Program-made: the position numbers and the translations under genes
The notes under the pieces: model-generated
What the model was told of the DNA's origin: nothing
Databases searched by the model: none
What the model saw: only the letters and a program-made list of their open reading frames with translations
In this document: positions 20,766-32,800 of the stretch, one piece after another
How positions within the stretch are numbered: position 1 is the stretch's first letter
How the letters are laid out: the number at the start of each line of letters is the position of its first letter
Virus record (IMG/VR): IMGVR_UViG_3300025000_000056
Strand: one strand, 5' to 3'
Source of the DNA: a virus
Lineage: Duplodnaviria; Heunggongvirae; Uroviricota; Caudoviricetes
DNA: 50,465 nt

Positions 20766-21194
20766 TTAGAAAGAGCCTGTAATTTCAGCCTTCTTGACTT
20801 TATACTCCGTACGATTCGCTTCGACCGATTGATTCAATTGATCAAAGTAAGAAGAGTACCAGTCATTAAGGCTTAGGGTCACTTCATGATTCATGACAGT
20901 CTCTTTGAAGTGATCATAGAATGCCTGCTCATCCATGGTTAATTCTTCGCCACTGTCCTTCTTAAAGAAGATCTTAGCTAGGAAGAAGAGACCAAACTCC
21001 AGAGCTGATAAGGCTGGATAGGGGTTAATATTCTTTGAATAGATATCAAAGAGTATAGACTTAACTTGCTCTCGTTCGATCACGGTCATCGCATTATAGT
21101 CCGCTTTCGTGATCAAGTTATTCTTAAGTTTATAAGTCAACGAATCAAGAACTTGTTGTTCATCAGAGATTAAAGAGAAGGTTTCTTTTGCCAT
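20766..21194 (-). CDS. Hypothetical helical protein (probable start ATG 21194), possibly a tail-fibre assembly chaperone
   Basis: AAGGAG RBS upstream of ATG 21194. Charged, helical composition. Sits directly after the adhesin cassette. Function is inference only. Confidence 0.6.
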   Translation of the reverse strand: MAKETFSLISDEQQVLDSLTYKLKNNLITKADYNAMTVIEREQVKSILFDIYSKNINPYPALSALEFGLFFLAKIFFKKDSGEELTMDEQAFYDHFKETVMNHEVTLSLNDWYSSYFDQLNQSVEANRTEYKVKKAEITGSF

Positions 21195-21207
21195 GTGATT
21201 CACTCCT

Positions 21208-22980
21208 TTAATAGCTATCGGCTACCGTAATTTTATACGTTCCATTGTTATAGAGCTTGACTCGCATCAGGTTATCTAATGGATAACCGTAAGTATAGTC
21301 CGTTCCAGGTAAAGCCATATCCCAAGATCCTCGCAGATCAAAGGTACCCACTAAAACGTCTGTGCTTGCTATGTCATTACTTGCGTTCATCTCTAAGTAA
21401 TAGCCAAATCGAATCGTATTATGATTGTCAGAATTGACAAGAGCAAGTGAACTCCAAGCTGATATAGAGATAGCATTGAATTGATTCGGGTCTATTCCAT
21501 TTGATGAAATAAGATCTAAGTTCGAGATGTCAATAACATTCCAGGTATCGTTTTGATAAGTATACCAAGTGATACCGGAATCAGGGCTTGCGATGATTCG
21601 AACAATGCCTGTGCCTAATTGACTTGCCGTAATATTAAAACTTACGTTTTGAATATACATTAAATCGATATCTGCATTGGCTAAGATCAATTGAGGCTTC
21701 TTAGCAACACTTAAGGCTAAGTTAGTTATAGCACTCGGTGATTGAATTAATAACCTAGGACTTGTTAACTCTTGAAGAATCGAATTAGTGATCGCGTCAA
21801 GATTAAGCATACCGGAGTTAATAAACATAGCATCTGTTACTGGAGCTATGCCAATAACTTGCCAAGACGTTGTATAAGCTTTAATATCGCCGCTATCTTG
21901 AAATAAGAACTTAATAGTCTCATTGGATTCAACAATTAAGACAGGGCGGAATCCCGTATCTGTACCTTTATAGCTAGATCCTCCGCCATTAAATGTCCAA
22001 GTATTTACACTGGTATTACCCATTTCACTTCTAGATGTTGAAGCGGTAGTCGTAGTACTACAAGTACCATAAAATCCACTCCAATTCCATATAGCATTAT
22101 CGCCAGGAGTAATAGTGTTATTCAAAGTAGAGTTAGCGATATATTTATTCCATTCGTTATCAGTATCAGTAGAGTTAATACCACCAGTTAAGAGACGCAC
22201 TGTTGTATTAAAATTTATAGGTTCATATACTTCTAATTCACCAATTCCAACTAATACAGCTCCATTATTGCTGGCAATATTAAGACGATAATAGCGATAA
22301 GCCACATTTGTAGATAATGAGTATACTCTTAATTGTGAAAGGGTCCATCCAGTCTCCGAGACTCTTGTATCTAATATTGTCCAATCGGAATTATTATTAC
22401 TTCCCTCAAAAGTCCAGCTTTTTGGCATTTGCTCATCGGTTCCAACTGGTGAAGGCGTTCTGATTCCGTAACCTGATAGTAATTTATTAATAGATAAATC
22501 GATTTTTAACCATCCACTAGTAGTTAAAGCTGTACCCCACCGATCTGCATCGATGGAGTTAATATGATTAAATGCTTTCCAAGCACCATACAAGGCTGAA
22601 TACTCAGAGGATGCGGAAACAACATAGGGAGACGGAAGCGCATTACCCGTCATAACAGGAGTTATATTTCTAATTTGTTCATTGATTAACAATCCCGAGC
22701 CACTAGCAATCCCGGCAGTATTTAAAGTGTCCCAGCTAATACTGTGTTGAATATTGCGGTCAGCAATTAAGATCTTACGTCGCTTAAAGTCGTCACCGAC
22801 ATAGATAAAGTTAAAACTACCGTCAGGTGTAGCAGAAGAGGCTACTGGAATTAGAGGAGCAGTTGTTGTTCCAAGTTCCGAGAACGAACCAACGACTCCA
22901 GAAGTAGGAGCCGTATAACGACAAGGAATATAATCACCAATTTGCATTAAAGCAGGATCAGTACGTTGTGTTCTCGCCAT
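21208..22980 (-). CDS. Modular adhesin, 590 aa: GFRPVL-ending lectin-like fold with inserted F5/8 type C domain, plus shared C-terminal 'anchor A' domain
   Basis: IGDYIPCRYTA...IADRNIQ..ISWDTLN; discoidin-like insert ASSEY..AWKAF...MPKSWTFEGSNN...YRYYRLNI; NEW.KYI...W.W...GFRPVL; then KFLFQD...IRFGYYLE...GTYKIT. Confidence 0.8.
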   Translation of the reverse strand: MARTQRTDPALMQIGDYIPCRYTAPTSGVVGSFSELGTTTAPLIPVASSATPDGSFNFIYVGDDFKRRKILIADRNIQHSISWDTLNTAGIASGSGLLINEQIRNITPVMTGNALPSPYVVSASSEYSALYGAWKAFNHINSIDADRWGTALTTSGWLKIDLSINKLLSGYGIRTPSPVGTDEQMPKSWTFEGSNNNSDWTILDTRVSETGWTLSQLRVYSLSTNVAYRYYRLNIASNNGAVLVGIGELEVYEPINFNTTVRLLTGGINSTDTDNEWNKYIANSTLNNTITPGDNAIWNWSGFYGTCSTTTTASTSRSEMGNTSVNTWTFNGGGSSYKGTDTGFRPVLIVESNETIKFLFQDSGDIKAYTTSWQVIGIAPVTDAMFINSGMLNLDAITNSILQELTSPRLLIQSPSAITNLALSVAKKPQLILANADIDLMYIQNVSFNITASQLGTGIVRIIASPDSGITWYTYQNDTWNVIDISNLDLISSNGIDPNQFNAISISAWSSLALVNSDNHNTIRFGYYLEMNASNDIASTDVLVGTFDLRGSWDMALPGTDYTYGYPLDNLMRVKLYNNGTYKITVADSY

Positions 22981-23014
22981 GTAATCACTTCCAATCTAAG
23001 TAAGTTAAGGAACG

Positions 23015-24076
23015 TTATTCCTTACATTCTAGTACAGGTCTAAAACCCATGGAACTCCATACAGTTGACGAAATACTTGCATTAAAATATGATACTGATT
23101 GGTTGCCTCTATTTACTCTGAATCCTGACGTAGTTACACCCCATAAATTCAATATAGGAGTGTCTATTACCCAGTTATATATACCACTCCAGTGCCAAAC
23201 ATTATTATCATCTGCTGTAATTTTACCATCAAGATTCGAGTTAACTAGATAAGTATCCCATTCATTAATACTAGGCCATGCTCCTAAATTAGCACTAACC
23301 ATAGAACTATTGCCATTAGCATCGAGATAAGAGTTACCACCTGAGAGTGAGCGATAAAGCATCTCGGTGTCATAGAGTTCTAACTCTGAGATAACAGCTT
23401 GTCCGCCTCCGTTATCCCCCGTTATATTAATTCGATACCGAGTGTACGCCGTAGTATTAGCAAAGAAGTAAGGCTTATTTGTGTTTTGAATAAGAGTCTG
23501 AGTAGTCTTTTTATCAAGGACTATCCAGGTAATTCCGTCATTTGATCCTTCAAAAGTCCAGTTCTTAGGATCATAAATCCTAGAAGCATTATTGTAAGCC
23601 GTAATACCATAACCAATAATAATCCTTGGAGTAACCCATTGATAACTTAACCACTGTGGAGATCCGACTTCGGAATTCCAGAAGGTCGACTTGTTATTAT
23701 CAAAGGCCTTATCTGGAGCATACGTTGCTGAGCTAGAAAAGAAGCTGCTTGCTACGGCTGTTCCGTTATAGGCAACATTTGTGGTTGCTACATGTTTGCC
23801 TTCGATAAGCTTTGCAGCATTTAAAGTATCCCAACTAATTCCGGCTTGTACAACGCGGTCAGCAATCCATAAGCCTTTATCAACTTTAATAAAGTTAAAT
23901 AGCCCGTCAGGTGTTGCTGTCCCAGTCACGGGAATCTCACTGGATACGCAGGTTCCAAGTTCAGAAAATATACCCGCCGTGTTAGAAGCTGCTGTATAAC
24001 GACAGGGTATAAAGTCACCGATTTGAGCGCCAGTTATAATTGAAACTAAATTTCCAGTTGTTGCGGGATTCGCCAT
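23015..24076 (-). CDS. Adhesin, 353 aa: lectin-like fold with inserted F5/8 type C domain
   Basis: IGDFIPCRYTA...WIADRVVQ; ASS....APDKAFD...PKNWTFEGSNDG..W...YRINIT; C-terminal MGFRPVLECKE. GGAGGTGA RBS. Confidence 0.8.
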   Translation of the reverse strand: MANPATTGNLVSIITGAQIGDFIPCRYTAASNTAGIFSELGTCVSSEIPVTGTATPDGLFNFIKVDKGLWIADRVVQAGISWDTLNAAKLIEGKHVATTNVAYNGTAVASSFFSSSATYAPDKAFDNNKSTFWNSEVGSPQWLSYQWVTPRIIIGYGITAYNNASRIYDPKNWTFEGSNDGITWIVLDKKTTQTLIQNTNKPYFFANTTAYTRYRINITGDNGGGQAVISELELYDTEMLYRSLSGGNSYLDANGNSSMVSANLGAWPSINEWDTYLVNSNLDGKITADDNNVWHWSGIYNWVIDTPILNLWGVTTSGFRVNRGNQSVSYFNASISSTVWSSMGFRPVLECKE

Positions 24077-24077
24077 A

Positions 24078-24599
24078 TTAACTCACCTCCAATTTATCAA
24101 TTGCTCTATAGGCTGCTAGATCTATATCAGCCGTATAGAGTGTACTAGATCCAAGTGCTCCTTGATTAACTAAAGTAATAGTATCGCTATTACCTAAATG
24201 CATAAGTCCATCGAAGATAACACTAGGATCAGCCGTAAAGCTCGAAGCGTCACCATTATTAAAGCTACATTCAGTAACCACCAATCCTTCAGTACCTGGA
24301 GTGAACTTTAAAACACCAGCAGGAGGTCTCGCATAATCCGTCGTCTTAGTGATTGGAATTTCAATAATATAAGGACTAGCAAGACTTCCTGTGATATTAA
24401 TCTTATTAACTTGAGTTACGACAACGGGCGTATCGTCTCCGCCGCCTGTACCGATACCTAGTTTTAATTCTTCGATCTCAGTTTCGTGAATACTTATCTG
24501 CGTACCTTGAGCGGCCATTCGAGCATTGAGTTCATTAATCTGAACATTAAGACCATCTCCCATGGAGCCAATGATCTGACTTAATCGAATACGTGGCAT
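24078..24599 (-). CDS. Adaptor-like structural protein, 173 aa (start corrected to ATG 24599), paralog of the 204-aa protein
   Basis: GAGGTGA RBS at ~24604-24610. The track start 24659 overlaps the upstream gene. N-terminal coiled coil. C-terminal YARPPAGVLKFTPGT..ECSF..FDG..IDLAAY..IDKL matches the 204-aa protein. Confidence 0.75.
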   Translation of the reverse strand: MPRIRLSQIIGSMGDGLNVQINELNARMAAQGTQISIHETEIEELKLGIGTGGGDDTPVVVTQVNKINITGSLASPYIIEIPITKTTDYARPPAGVLKFTPGTEGLVVTECSFNNGDASSFTADPSVIFDGLMHLGNSDTITLVNQGALGSSTLYTADIDLAAYRAIDKLEVS

Positions 24600-24621
24600 A
24601 TTATCACCTCGTAGTTTTAGT

Positions 24622-26787
24622 TTAAGCCCAGGAGTAAGCCCAGGCATTAAGTTGGGCATTATTAATCGTGGCCTTTAAAATAAGCTCGGTTCCCGTAAAA
24701 GCACTTGGAATCGCCGTCTTAATATTAGGGATTATATCAATCCAACTAAGTCCATTGTCTAAAGAGACCTGATAGTATATGAGTCCGGCACTTAGAATCT
24801 CATCAGTAAACAGCATGAATGATTCTGGTGGCGAACTTAGAAGATCTTGATTAGAAATTAGAATTCCAGCACCCATTGATTTATTAACTGAATCATAAAT
24901 TGATGTACTCTCAGGATTGATTCCAGTGACATCGTTAAAGCAATCAATGACTAAGTTCTTCATGGCATTTTTCGTAGCTCCCGTATAACTATCAAGCTTG
25001 AAGTTTGTTTTAGCTAGATTAATCTGATTGTCATTATTGGTTAAAACGAGATTAATTAGCCCATCGTCTTTCTTCTCAAGCTTTTCGAGATACTCCGAGT
25101 CCGGGCCGCTAAAATTATCGGCTGTCGTAATCTTATAAGTACCCTCGGATTTAAGATTAACTTGAAGATTATTGGCGTGATTATATTGATAAAAATAGTC
25201 CGTGGTAGGAATCTTAATCCAGTAGCCGTTCATATCAAGAATAGCTACAATGCGTTCAATCTTAGCAATGTCAGTATTGATACCTTGCTCTAAATAATAA
25301 CCAAAGCGTAGCTTCATTGTAGAGCTTATTAAAGCATTCCAGACATTGTTATTAATTAAAGCTAGATTACCTGGCATAATACCATTTGCCTTAATAGCTG
25401 GCAGATCTGTGATATCTACCATAATCCATTCTCCATTGAAATACGTCTTCCAAGTAACTCCGGAATCAGGGCTGACGATAACTCGGATAACTCCAGCGCC
25501 TGATAATGTATTGACTAAAGTGATTGAATTAATATTGTTAATCATTACAGGATTATTTAAGTCCGTATCTATGGTACTAAGTATAAGTTTAGGACTGGGA
25601 GTTGCAGTAATAACAACGGACACCGGTAAAGAGGCTTGAGAAATTAAAAGCTTAGGATTTGTAAGCTGACTAATAACAGTTTTAGTAATTGTTGATAGAC
25701 TTGTAAGTCCTCCCAGACTAAACATTGTTTGAGTAACAAGCGTTGTTCCAACGGTTTGCCAAGTTGAATCTATATAAGTTTTAATGGTTTCACCATCTTG
25801 AAAGAGATACTTACCATCGTTGAAAAATGTAACGTTGTTGTTGTTTCCACTATTGAAACTATAATACGCATAATAAGTTACGTTAAATGATATATCTCTC
25901 ATGTTAATACAATTTAAACTACCATTATATGTCGTTACTATATTAGCACGAGTTCCAGCGGTTGTTGATTGAAGTACTGCCATGTTGTCGACTCTTCCAT
26001 AAGAATAAAAATGACTACCAGTCTGCGTTGTTCCTGCAGTTAACTTTACAGTACAGCCAGCCATAATAGACATATTTGTGAAAGAATTACTATTGATAAC
26101 GGTAATAATTCCTCCATTAAATCGGAGATCGTAGTAATAAATACCCATGCCGTTAAAGTTTATATTATTTCCAGTAATGTTCCATACTGCCGTATTAGCC
26201 GTCATTGTTGGTAAACTTGCATTAATAGCAACATTTGTACAATTAATAGTAGACGATCCTAGAGTCAGTGTTCTACTATTAGCTGATCCACTATTAAAGA
26301 TACCGCAAGTTATAGTTTTACTATTAGAATTAAACGTACCAATACCGCACGATAATTGAACTAAACCAATATTTAAATTATCTTGTAATATATACGTACC
26401 CGTACTATTACAGCTAAATAAAGCTATACTACTAAGATTTAATCCATTAGTAGTAATAGATATACTAGTTGTTGCTTGCATATAAATATTGTTTGAAAAT
26501 GTACATATCATAGCATTTATAAATACTAATGATCCATATATTGCTAAGTATCCTCCATTGCCTTCCAATGTGGGATTATTCGCTGCGCCTGTCCAGTCCA
26601 TACTTAAACAATTAGCATTTATATTAATCGTAACTATTTGACCAGTAGAAGTAAATGAGTTTACATTAAAGTAGACATTGTCAGATGATGTGGGAATAGC
26701 AACTCCACCCACTCCTCCCGACGTAGTAGACCAGTGGATAGTTTCATTCCAGTTACCAGATCCTCCAACCCAATATTTGTTTGCCAT
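24622..26787 (-). CDS. Modular adhesin, 721 aa: one YWVGG beta-rich module plus anchor A and anchor B domains
   Basis: N-terminus MANKYWVGGSGNW..HWS..SGG.GG and C-terminus NFKLDSYT.A.KN.MKNL.IDCFND...AQLNAWAYSW are both shared with the 2945-aa protein. Confidence 0.8.
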   Translation of the reverse strand: MANKYWVGGSGNWNETIHWSTTSGGVGGVAIPTSSDNVYFNVNSFTSTGQIVTININANCLSMDWTGAANNPTLEGNGGYLAIYGSLVFINAMICTFSNNIYMQATTSISITTNGLNLSSIALFSCNSTGTYILQDNLNIGLVQLSCGIGTFNSNSKTITCGIFNSGSANSRTLTLGSSTINCTNVAINASLPTMTANTAVWNITGNNINFNGMGIYYYDLRFNGGIITVINSNSFTNMSIMAGCTVKLTAGTTQTGSHFYSYGRVDNMAVLQSTTAGTRANIVTTYNGSLNCINMRDISFNVTYYAYYSFNSGNNNNVTFFNDGKYLFQDGETIKTYIDSTWQTVGTTLVTQTMFSLGGLTSLSTITKTVISQLTNPKLLISQASLPVSVVITATPSPKLILSTIDTDLNNPVMINNINSITLVNTLSGAGVIRVIVSPDSGVTWKTYFNGEWIMVDITDLPAIKANGIMPGNLALINNNVWNALISSTMKLRFGYYLEQGINTDIAKIERIVAILDMNGYWIKIPTTDYFYQYNHANNLQVNLKSEGTYKITTADNFSGPDSEYLEKLEKKDDGLINLVLTNNDNQINLAKTNFKLDSYTGATKNAMKNLVIDCFNDVTGINPESTSIYDSVNKSMGAGILISNQDLLSSPPESFMLFTDEILSAGLIYYQVSLDNGLSWIDIIPNIKTAIPSAFTGTELILKATINNAQLNAWAYSWA

Positions 26788-26808
26788 TTATATCACTCCC
26801 AAAGGGAA

Positions 26809-26828
26809 AGGGAAGAATTATCTTCCCT
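26809..26828 (-). terminator. Weak terminator-like hairpin overlapping the stop of the 2945-aa gene
   Basis: AGGGAAGA-TAAT-TCTTCCCT (8-bp stem) followed by TTCCCTTT on the minus strand. The U-tract is imperfect. Confidence 0.4.
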
Positions 26829-29800
26829 AACTCCAAGAATAGGCCCAAGCATTTAGCTGAGCATCACCGGTAATATTAGCTTTCACTATAATTGATAGAC
26901 CAGATCCACTGGTAATTGCTGTTTTAACTTGAGGTAAGATCACTACCCAACTAAGCCCACCATCGCGAGAAACTTGATACGTTATTGATCCAGCGTCTAA
27001 AGTCTCATCAACCGTAAGCAGGATCGCAGTTGGTATGCTTGATGTCATATCATTATTCGATTGTACGATTCCCAACTTCATAGATTTAGCACTACTATCG
27101 AAGGTTGCAGTTGTGTTAATCAGGTCAAGTCCCGTCGTATCATTGAAGCAATCAATAATCAAGTTTTTCATCGAGTTCTTCGAAGCATTGGTATAGCTAT
27201 CAAGCTTGAAGTTTGTCATCGCAAGTTCTTGAGCCATCATGTCATTAATTCCTTGAACATTGGCAATCGTCGCTAGATAGACGTTAATAGCATCAGCCGT
27301 AACTGAGTTACCACCATAGACATCAGACATTGTGATCTTATACGTTCCACTCGTTGATAATACCATCCGAAGAATATCATTTTGTGGATAGTTGTAATTG
27401 TAATCAATACCAACAACGGCGTTACTCCATAATCCGACTATATCTAGTAAACCCGTGATAGCATTGATTTTGACAACATCATACGATGATAACTGTTCTA
27501 GATAGTAACCGAATCGAATCTTATGACTTAACGAAGTAAGATCATTCCAGTCAGCGCTTGGAATCGACGCCAAGGTTATTAAGCTAATACCCTTTGATTT
27601 GACATCGGCTAAATTTGATGTATCAATAGGTATCCATGCATTATCAACATAACCTTTCCAGGTAATTCCGGAGCTTCCACTAACGAGAAGTCTAATGGTT
27701 CCATTCCCGATTAGAGTTGTAGCTAAAGCAAAGTTATAAATATTATTGACATCCGACAAACTAATATCAATGTTACTTAAAACTACCTTTGGAACCGGTG
27801 CCGCCATTATATCTAACCTAGTTGAAGCAGAGTCTGATTGAATCAATAATTTAGGTGCTGCAAGCTGTCTAAGGATTGGATCAGTAATGGCCTGTAAACT
27901 TGTTATTCCATAAGTTAAAAACATGTATGGAGTAACCGGTACATTACCAACAGTTTGCCAACTAGAATTAATAAAGGATTTAATAAAAGCTCCGTCTTGG
28001 AATAGATACTTGTTTTGCGGGATGTCTACTACTAAGACTGGTCTAAAACCGTCTGTCGCTACGGCACTAGGACTAGTGACATAAGATCTTTGTCGTATCG
28101 TATCCCATCCCATAAGAACCCTATAGCTCGAACCATTCGGAGAATCTGTTGTACTAGTTTTCGTATAAAGTTTAGCCCAGTTCCAGATGTTGTTATCTCC
28201 GGCTGTGATTGTTCCATTTAGATCTGAATTGACAATGTATTTGTCATATTCATTGTCCGTATCGAGCGCTGTCGTAGGGCCGGTTAATAACCGAATCGAG
28301 TAATTCGTATTAGGAAGTAAGCTCGAAGCAAACATTTGAACTTCTCTGACTGTCCAACGATCTGCAGAATTTGCATTGGCTAAGATTCTCCAATAACGAG
28401 CAGAAGGTGAATCTTGTAAATTCATCGTTACCCATGTATTAACTGTTGTAGAAATTGTATTAACCGATACAGTATCCCAAATAACGTTATCATTGGAACT
28501 CTGAATCTTTACACTACTAAGGTTACAGCTAGTACTACTATAAGTGTATAATCTCATTTGTCGAATCGCCTTAGGATTACCCATCCCAAAATCATAACCA
28601 ATCCATGATACGCCTGATTGATTAGATGTTTCTAATGAATACCATGCACTACTAATGGATCCATCAAAGGCTAAGGCAGCGACTTGTCCTGAATAATGGT
28701 TATTTTCAATAGCCGTTCCACTAGCGCATAGATTATTGCCATATGTTACATAAGGCATGCCGTTGCCGGTTGTGATGCTGGATAGATTTAACGTATCCCA
28801 TGCGATCGTATTTTGAACACATCGATCAGCGACTAAAACCCTGTGTCCTTGTTCGTCATCGCCAACATAGATAAAGTTGAAGTATCCATCCGGTGCTACG
28901 GCGGAGCTTGGAGGAATTAAGGTTCCTTGAGCCATACCTAATTCTGTGAATTGACCGACAGTATTTGATGTCGCTGTATAACGACATGATAGATAATCTC
29001 CAACGTCCATCGTTAAGGGATTCGATCTTACGTTAGCCGTCGAAGTTGTAGCTTGAATATAAGCAGAATAACCCTCTGGAATAGGATAGGTAAACGCTGT
29101 CGCTCCAAAATTAATGGTTGCCGAGTTAACGCCAGTACTAGTACTTGAAGTAATATATGGATAAACTACACCCATAGTCTTTACGTTAGTATGTGACACG
29201 CCTTGAGATACGCCGTCTTTATAAAATATTAGTGTCCCAGCATCCATATCTAAGGCAATTCCGATAATACTATTCGCCGCATAAGAAACTCCATAAGCTA
29301 TATTTTCTGGATATTTCTTACCGTTAGCTAAATACGTACGTGAGTTAGTCGTCGTATCAAACGATGTTAATAAAGCTAAGGAATTTCCGATACCAATCGC
29401 CGCACCAGCCGTCGGTACTCCACTAATATTTTTGACTTCCCAATAAAACTTACCAGATGAGACTCCATAGAGTCCTCTAATGCCACCATTAACCCATCCA
29501 CCAGTAGCTGTCATGGTTAAATTATTATTACTTAGAACAACTTGAGTTCCCTTGTCGACGGGACTCCAGGTATTGGGTATTACGATCGCTGGCGTATTAA
29601 GGGATACTAAGTTCTTGCTACTTTCCTGTGTTTCGTTAAAGGCTGAAAGTTTAAAGGTATACGATCCATTAGCAAGTAAGTTAGCAATTCTTGAAGTCGT
29701 TGAATCAATTCCGTACATAATAGCTATTAACTTATCATCTGAGTCATAGACATTATATCCAGTGGCTTCTCCATATTGGCTCCAAGTCAACGTTCCATCG

Positions 29801-32800
29801 CCGGGCCCTATATTAGAGATGGCGATATTTAAGATCGGAGAATTAAAGTCAAACTGTACTCCAGTATTACCAGAAACATCAACGCTGTTTCTAACTAAGA
29901 AGTAATTTAGAGTACCGGTGATTTTAATATCTTGTACTGAAACAAAACTCGTATCAACTGATCCTGAGATCTTTCGAATCGTAGCAGGTGTTCCAGCAAC
30001 GCTTGATTGAAGTATTGATAAGTGACCTGCAATCCCAGTACTAATAAAGCTCGTAACGGTTTGCGTTGTGCCGGAAGTTAATTTAGTTGCCATATCGGCA
30101 TTAATAATTAATGTGTTAAAGGTATTCGATCCTGTAATTAAGACCACCGATCCATTACTATTCAGCGTAGAGTAGGTTAATGAGCCGCCATTAAATTGCA
30201 CATTGCTACCTGCCATGTTAATTATAGAGGTTCCACAAGTTAACGACAATCCCGTACTAGTTTGGATATTAAAGTTACTAGAAACATTAATGACGGATGA
30301 ACCTAATGTAAGAGCTCGTGTTGAAGAATAATTAGAATCGAAGGTATTGCAGCTAATAGTCTTGTTATTAGTGTTTAAAGTTCCAGTCACTAAAGACAAG
30401 GTCGTCGCGACAGATAAATCATCTTGTAATGTACACGCTGCTGTACTATTGAAATTAAGGTTATTTAATACAAGACCATTTGTCGTGATCGATTGAGGCG
30501 AAGTTGACTTAAGACTAAAGAGTCCAGAGTAGGGTATATTCATATAAGGATTTAAGATTAAGTTTCCATAGACATTTAAAGCATAGGTGCCGTCTAGCGT
30601 TGGTATATTGAGGACACCTGTCCAATCCATATCTAAGCAATTTGCAGTAGCATTTATAGTAATAACTTGATTAAATGCAGTGAACGAATAAGCTGTAAAA
30701 TAGACAGGGTCGGTCGCAGTCGGCACAGACGCTCCACCAGGGCCGCCGTCATAAGTTGACCAGTGGTTCGTATCATTCCAGAAACCTGTTCCATTAACCC
30801 ATATACGATCAGGGAATGAAATGCTGCCAGTATTACCGCTGACATTTTGAGAGTTTTTGCAAGTTATCATACTACTATTGCTATAAATATCTTTAACCGT
30901 AAGATTAGAAACTGATCCAGCAATACTCTTTTGAATCGTAGCACTTGTTCCTGGATTCGCTGATTGAATCGTAGCCCGATTTAGTGGCGTGGCATTAGAA
31001 ACTAAATTCGTAATATATTGGATACTCCCATTAGTCAACTTCGTAACAGAATTAGGCCCTACGATAAAGTTTGCAAAGGTAGTGGATCCAGATATTATAG
31101 TCGTGCCTTGGATTTCAATACTAAGATACGCTAGACTCGATCCAGTAAATGTACCATTACCAACCATTACGAACGAGCCAGTGTTTGATGCATACGTTAA
31201 ACCAGTAGAAACAATATAGGCACTAACACATATAAATTTACCCGTTGTCCCAAAGATCAATCCATGAGTATTGCCCCAAGGAGCGTAATAATAATTACAA
31301 GTTATAGTAAATCCATTAAGATTCAGCGTACCATATTGATGATTGATATAATTACCAATTATTAGATCATCTAATAATACAATATTACATCCACTGGTTT
31401 GTATATTAAGATCAGACGTTGTTAATACATTCCCAGCGCTTGTAATATTATAAGTACCAAGACTACTAAATACAATAGCTCCTGTTTGAATCCACATCAT
31501 ATTAGGGATCAGAGTTATTGAACCATTGATGGTTAAAACTTTGCTTGAGTTAAAGGTTGGATTGTGTGTAGCATCGGTCCATTTCATATCTTGAAAAATC
31601 GTATCGATATCAGCCGTGACAACTTGTCCATCGTTTGTAAATGAGTTGACGTCGAAAACAACATTCTCAAACTTATTAGGAACTTGAGCGCCTTCCGATC
31701 CACCTACGGCTCCTGACGTATAAGCCCAATGAGAGACGTCCGACCAGTTACCCGTTCCTTCGACCCAATAATGTGAATCAAATGTAATCCCTGTATTATT
31801 ACCAAGGTTTTGACTCTTTCTAAAGAATGATCCTGACGTTGCAGCAATATCCCTTGCAATAATATGATTAACATCAAAGGAACCACTAGACTTAGTAAGA
31901 TAAGCTATTGTCCCTGTAGTTGCAGACTGAAGTGTTGCCTTAGCGGCAGCCGTAGCATTTGATACCATATTCGTAGTCGTTATTGTCGTGCTGACGGGTA
32001 AATTAACAACGCACCCTACATCTAAAATAATATTAGTAAATGAGCAGGCCTTAGGTAATGTTGTTATTCCATTAAACTCAATAGAAGCATGAGATAGACT
32101 AACTCCGTCAAAAACACCGGTACCTTCCATGACCCACTGGGCTGTATTAGCAGTATAAGTCAATCCAGATCCGTTAAAATAAACTGAAGCACATTTAACA
32201 ATCGATGAACCTAAGGTTAATGTTCTAGAATTGGTACTGTTGCTATAAAAGCCAGCACAAGTAAGAGTCTTATTGTTAGTATTTAAGACCCCATATTGAT
32301 GGTTAAAAGTACCAGTACCAAGGTTTAGATCATCTTGTAGTATTAAAGAACAACCCGCATTGGTTTGGATACTATTTACCATAACTAGACCATTACTTGT
32401 AATCTTAGAAGAAGCTCCTTTAATCATCGTATAGTTAGTACTACTATATGTCATGTCTGGGGAAAATACCATATCTCCATATACGTTCGGATACCCAGCA
32501 CCACTAAATGATGGCGTATATAAGACATCTAAATAACTTATATCACGACAAGTAATAGCATTATTCATATTAACGGTCTGACCGGTTGCCGTGAAAGAAT
32601 TAGCGTCGAAGAGAATATTATCATATTGAGTAGTAGGAACTGATTCTCCACCTGATCCTCCCGAAGTTAAGGACCAATGATTAATATCGCTCCAAGTACC
32701 TGATCCACCAACCCAATATTTAAAGAATTGAATAGCACCTGAGTTACCACTGACGTTGCGAGAACTCCGAAAGATAAAGTTACCAGTAAACGCGATATCT

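Noticed and set aside
24600-24659. N-terminal extension MPNLMPGLTPGLKLKLRGDN of the 193-aa ORF, and the short AAGCCCAGG repeat
   Set aside because: It overlaps the end of the 721-aa gene, the repeat simply encodes AWAYSWA, and the RBS supports ATG 24599.
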